Shown in pieces: positions 14,388 through 15,750 of a DNA stretch of 15,750 nucleotides. Positions within the stretch are counted from its first letter, which is position 1, and each line of letters begins with the position of its first letter. The position numbers and the translations under genes are program-made. Location of the stretch: contig JAEOTR010000068.1 of assembly GCA_016839705.1 (NCBI GenBank), positions 1 through 15,750 on the forward strand, read 5' to 3'. Source of the stretch: Promethearchaeota archaeon. GTDB lineage: Archaea; Asgardarchaeota; Lokiarchaeia; Sigyniarchaeales; SOKP01. The notes below the pieces were generated by a model that was given only the letters and a program-made list of their open reading frames with translations, did not search any database and had not been told where the DNA came from.

Positions 14388-15038
14388 TTGTTTAAAAAAT
14401 TTATGGATAATGTTTCTAATGCTTTAGGATTGACTAGTAATAAGATTAGTGAAATAGTAAAAGAGGGCAATCATTATATAAGTGCTGAGGAAAACGTGAC
14501 AAAAGATATTAACAAAACCGTAACAGCCTTAAAAGCTTATGCAGATACAGAAACGCCCTCATTAGGTGAAGCGATAGGATCTCTAGCTAATACGTTTGAA
14601 ATCATTGAAACTGAGCGTAATGAAAAAATAAATAAGTTGCGAGAGCAATACATTGCCCCATTGAATGATTTGATTATAAATCTAAAGACTTTACAAACTG
14701 AACAAACTGAGTCAGCTAAAGCAGCTAAAGAAGTTGAAAAAGCTGAAAAATCGCTTAAAAAATCCCAAAGCAAGCCAAAGGAAAAACTTAAACCCGGAGA
14801 AGTTGAAAATGCAGAAAAAGCATTAAAAGCAGCTCAACAAAAAGCGGAAAAAGAAGAAGCTGATGTGAGGACTGCTACAGAAAATTTTAATAAGGTGAAG
14901 TTGGAAACAATGCAGAAGGTCCTCCAAAACATGGTAGATATCGAAAAAACATATCATGAAAAGATATTAACGGCGATCTCAGGAGTTCAACAAAAAGCTG
15001 AAGCCATTAAAATCGAGGAAGAATCAAAAGTAACATAA
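14388..15038 (+). CDS. BAR-domain-like all-helical protein resembling FAM92/CIBAR, with N-terminal amphipathic helix
   Basis: TTG start with GAGGT at 14376-14380. 216 aa in three long helices. AYADTETPSL, R..KL..YIAPL kink, Lys-rich tip loop, ENF.K.KL..IE..YH.K.L. Confidence 0.75.
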   Translation: MFKKFMDNVSNALGLTSNKISEIVKEGNHYISAEENVTKDINKTVTALKAYADTETPSLGEAIGSLANTFEIIETERNEKINKLREQYIAPLNDLIINLKTLQTEQTESAKAAKEVEKAEKSLKKSQSKPKEKLKPGEVENAEKALKAAQQKAEKEEADVRTATENFNKVKLETMQKVLQNMVDIEKTYHEKILTAISGVQQKAEAIKIEEESKVT

Positions 15039-15072
15039 TTTTTAACTTCATATTTTTTTATAATTCTTTTAA
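15039..15072 (+). terminator. Oligo-T archaeal-type terminator candidate
   Basis: Several T-runs (TTTTT, TTTTTTT, TTCTTTT) immediately after the stop at 15038. Confidence 0.4.
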
Positions 15073-15211
15073 AAAATTGATTATCAAGATATAATCGGGG
15101 ATTTTTAACTTAACATAAACCTTCTAAATCTTTCCAAATTCTAAATTGTTAAATAGATTCTGGAATAAAAATTAATTAAACTATAAAAAAAAATTTAAAG
15201 AGAGGTAATGG

Positions 15212-15748
15212 ATGATGCCAGAAAATATTAAGGATGTATTTGAATTGCTAGCTAAATATAACACCATGACGAATAAAGACGCAGTGGATGTCTTAGAGGG
15301 TCTTGAACCTTCTAAGTTGACTGAGGATTTAGGATCTTATTTTGGATCAATATTAGGGCTTTTGGATCACCAATTAGCTTCGGATATAGGTTGGCTTAGA
15401 GCGCTGGGAGAGAATGTACCAGATTTAGATTTTGTACTCCCATTGATAGAAGAGTATAAAATTGAACGACTACCCCAAAAAGAACTTCACTGGAAAACTC
15501 TTTCTGAATATAATTCCGTACGAGTAGAGGTTGATAAAATATTGGAACGTGTGGTTTCTACGCTTTCCCCTGACCATTATTCAGCATCTATTATATTAAA
15601 GGGACGCCGTGGAGAGTTTACTTACATAACATGGCGTATTTTGCTTCATTTGTTCAATCATCATACTCATCATCGAGGGGGAGTATCAACACTTTTGGAT
15701 CAACTTAATGTAGAGAGTAATTTTTCCAATCTCCTCTGGAGAGGGTAA
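15212..15748 (+). CDS. DinB/YfiT-like four-helix-bundle metalloprotein
   Basis: YN..N..,SYFGSI.GLLDH..SD..W and HLFNHHTHHRG metal-binding His motif. GAGGT shortly upstream of the start. Confidence 0.9.
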   Translation: MMPENIKDVFELLAKYNTMTNKDAVDVLEGLEPSKLTEDLGSYFGSILGLLDHQLASDIGWLRALGENVPDLDFVLPLIEEYKIERLPQKELHWKTLSEYNSVRVEVDKILERVVSTLSPDHYSASIILKGRRGEFTYITWRILLHLFNHHTHHRGGVSTLLDQLNVESNFSNLLWRG

Positions 15749-15750
15749 TC

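Noticed and set aside
14537-14773. 78-aa minus-strand ORF
   Set aside because: Antisense shadow of the BAR-like gene.
15212-15748. dinB as DNA polymerase IV
   Set aside because: This is the unrelated DinB/YfiT helical metalloprotein family, with no Y-family polymerase motifs.

Overview
AT-rich archaeal-type window whose gene content (longin/uDENN-like domains fused to an Arf-like small GTPase, a BAR-like protein, a membrane-anchored beta-helix surface protein) points to an Asgard archaeon, probably Lokiarchaeia (inference). The ORF track misses the largest gene. It is a minus-strand ORF of at least 1,116 codons (3350 to <1, running off the window edge), which I translated by hand as longin-like / Arf-like GTPase / longin-like / PAS / PAS / GAF / histidine-kinase fold with the H, N, G1 and G2 boxes all degenerate (pseudokinase). 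A NosD/CASH beta-helix gene follows, flanked by two 5'-truncated gene relics, then an alpha/beta hydrolase. Next is a ~6.4 kb convergent nuclease-helicase cluster: a helicase IV/UvrD-like protein with an internal PD-(D/E)xK-type nuclease and 3 topoisomerase-type C4 zinc ribbons, two stand-alone zinc-ribbon repeat proteins (11 ribbons in total), a DUF4313-like gene behind a palindromic site, and a NERD-SF1 helicase. The window ends with two membrane proteins, a HEPN-motif relic, a FAM92/CIBAR-like BAR protein and a DinB/YfiT protein. No rRNA, tRNA, CRISPR array or transposase was seen. All family calls rest on motif recognition, not database searches.
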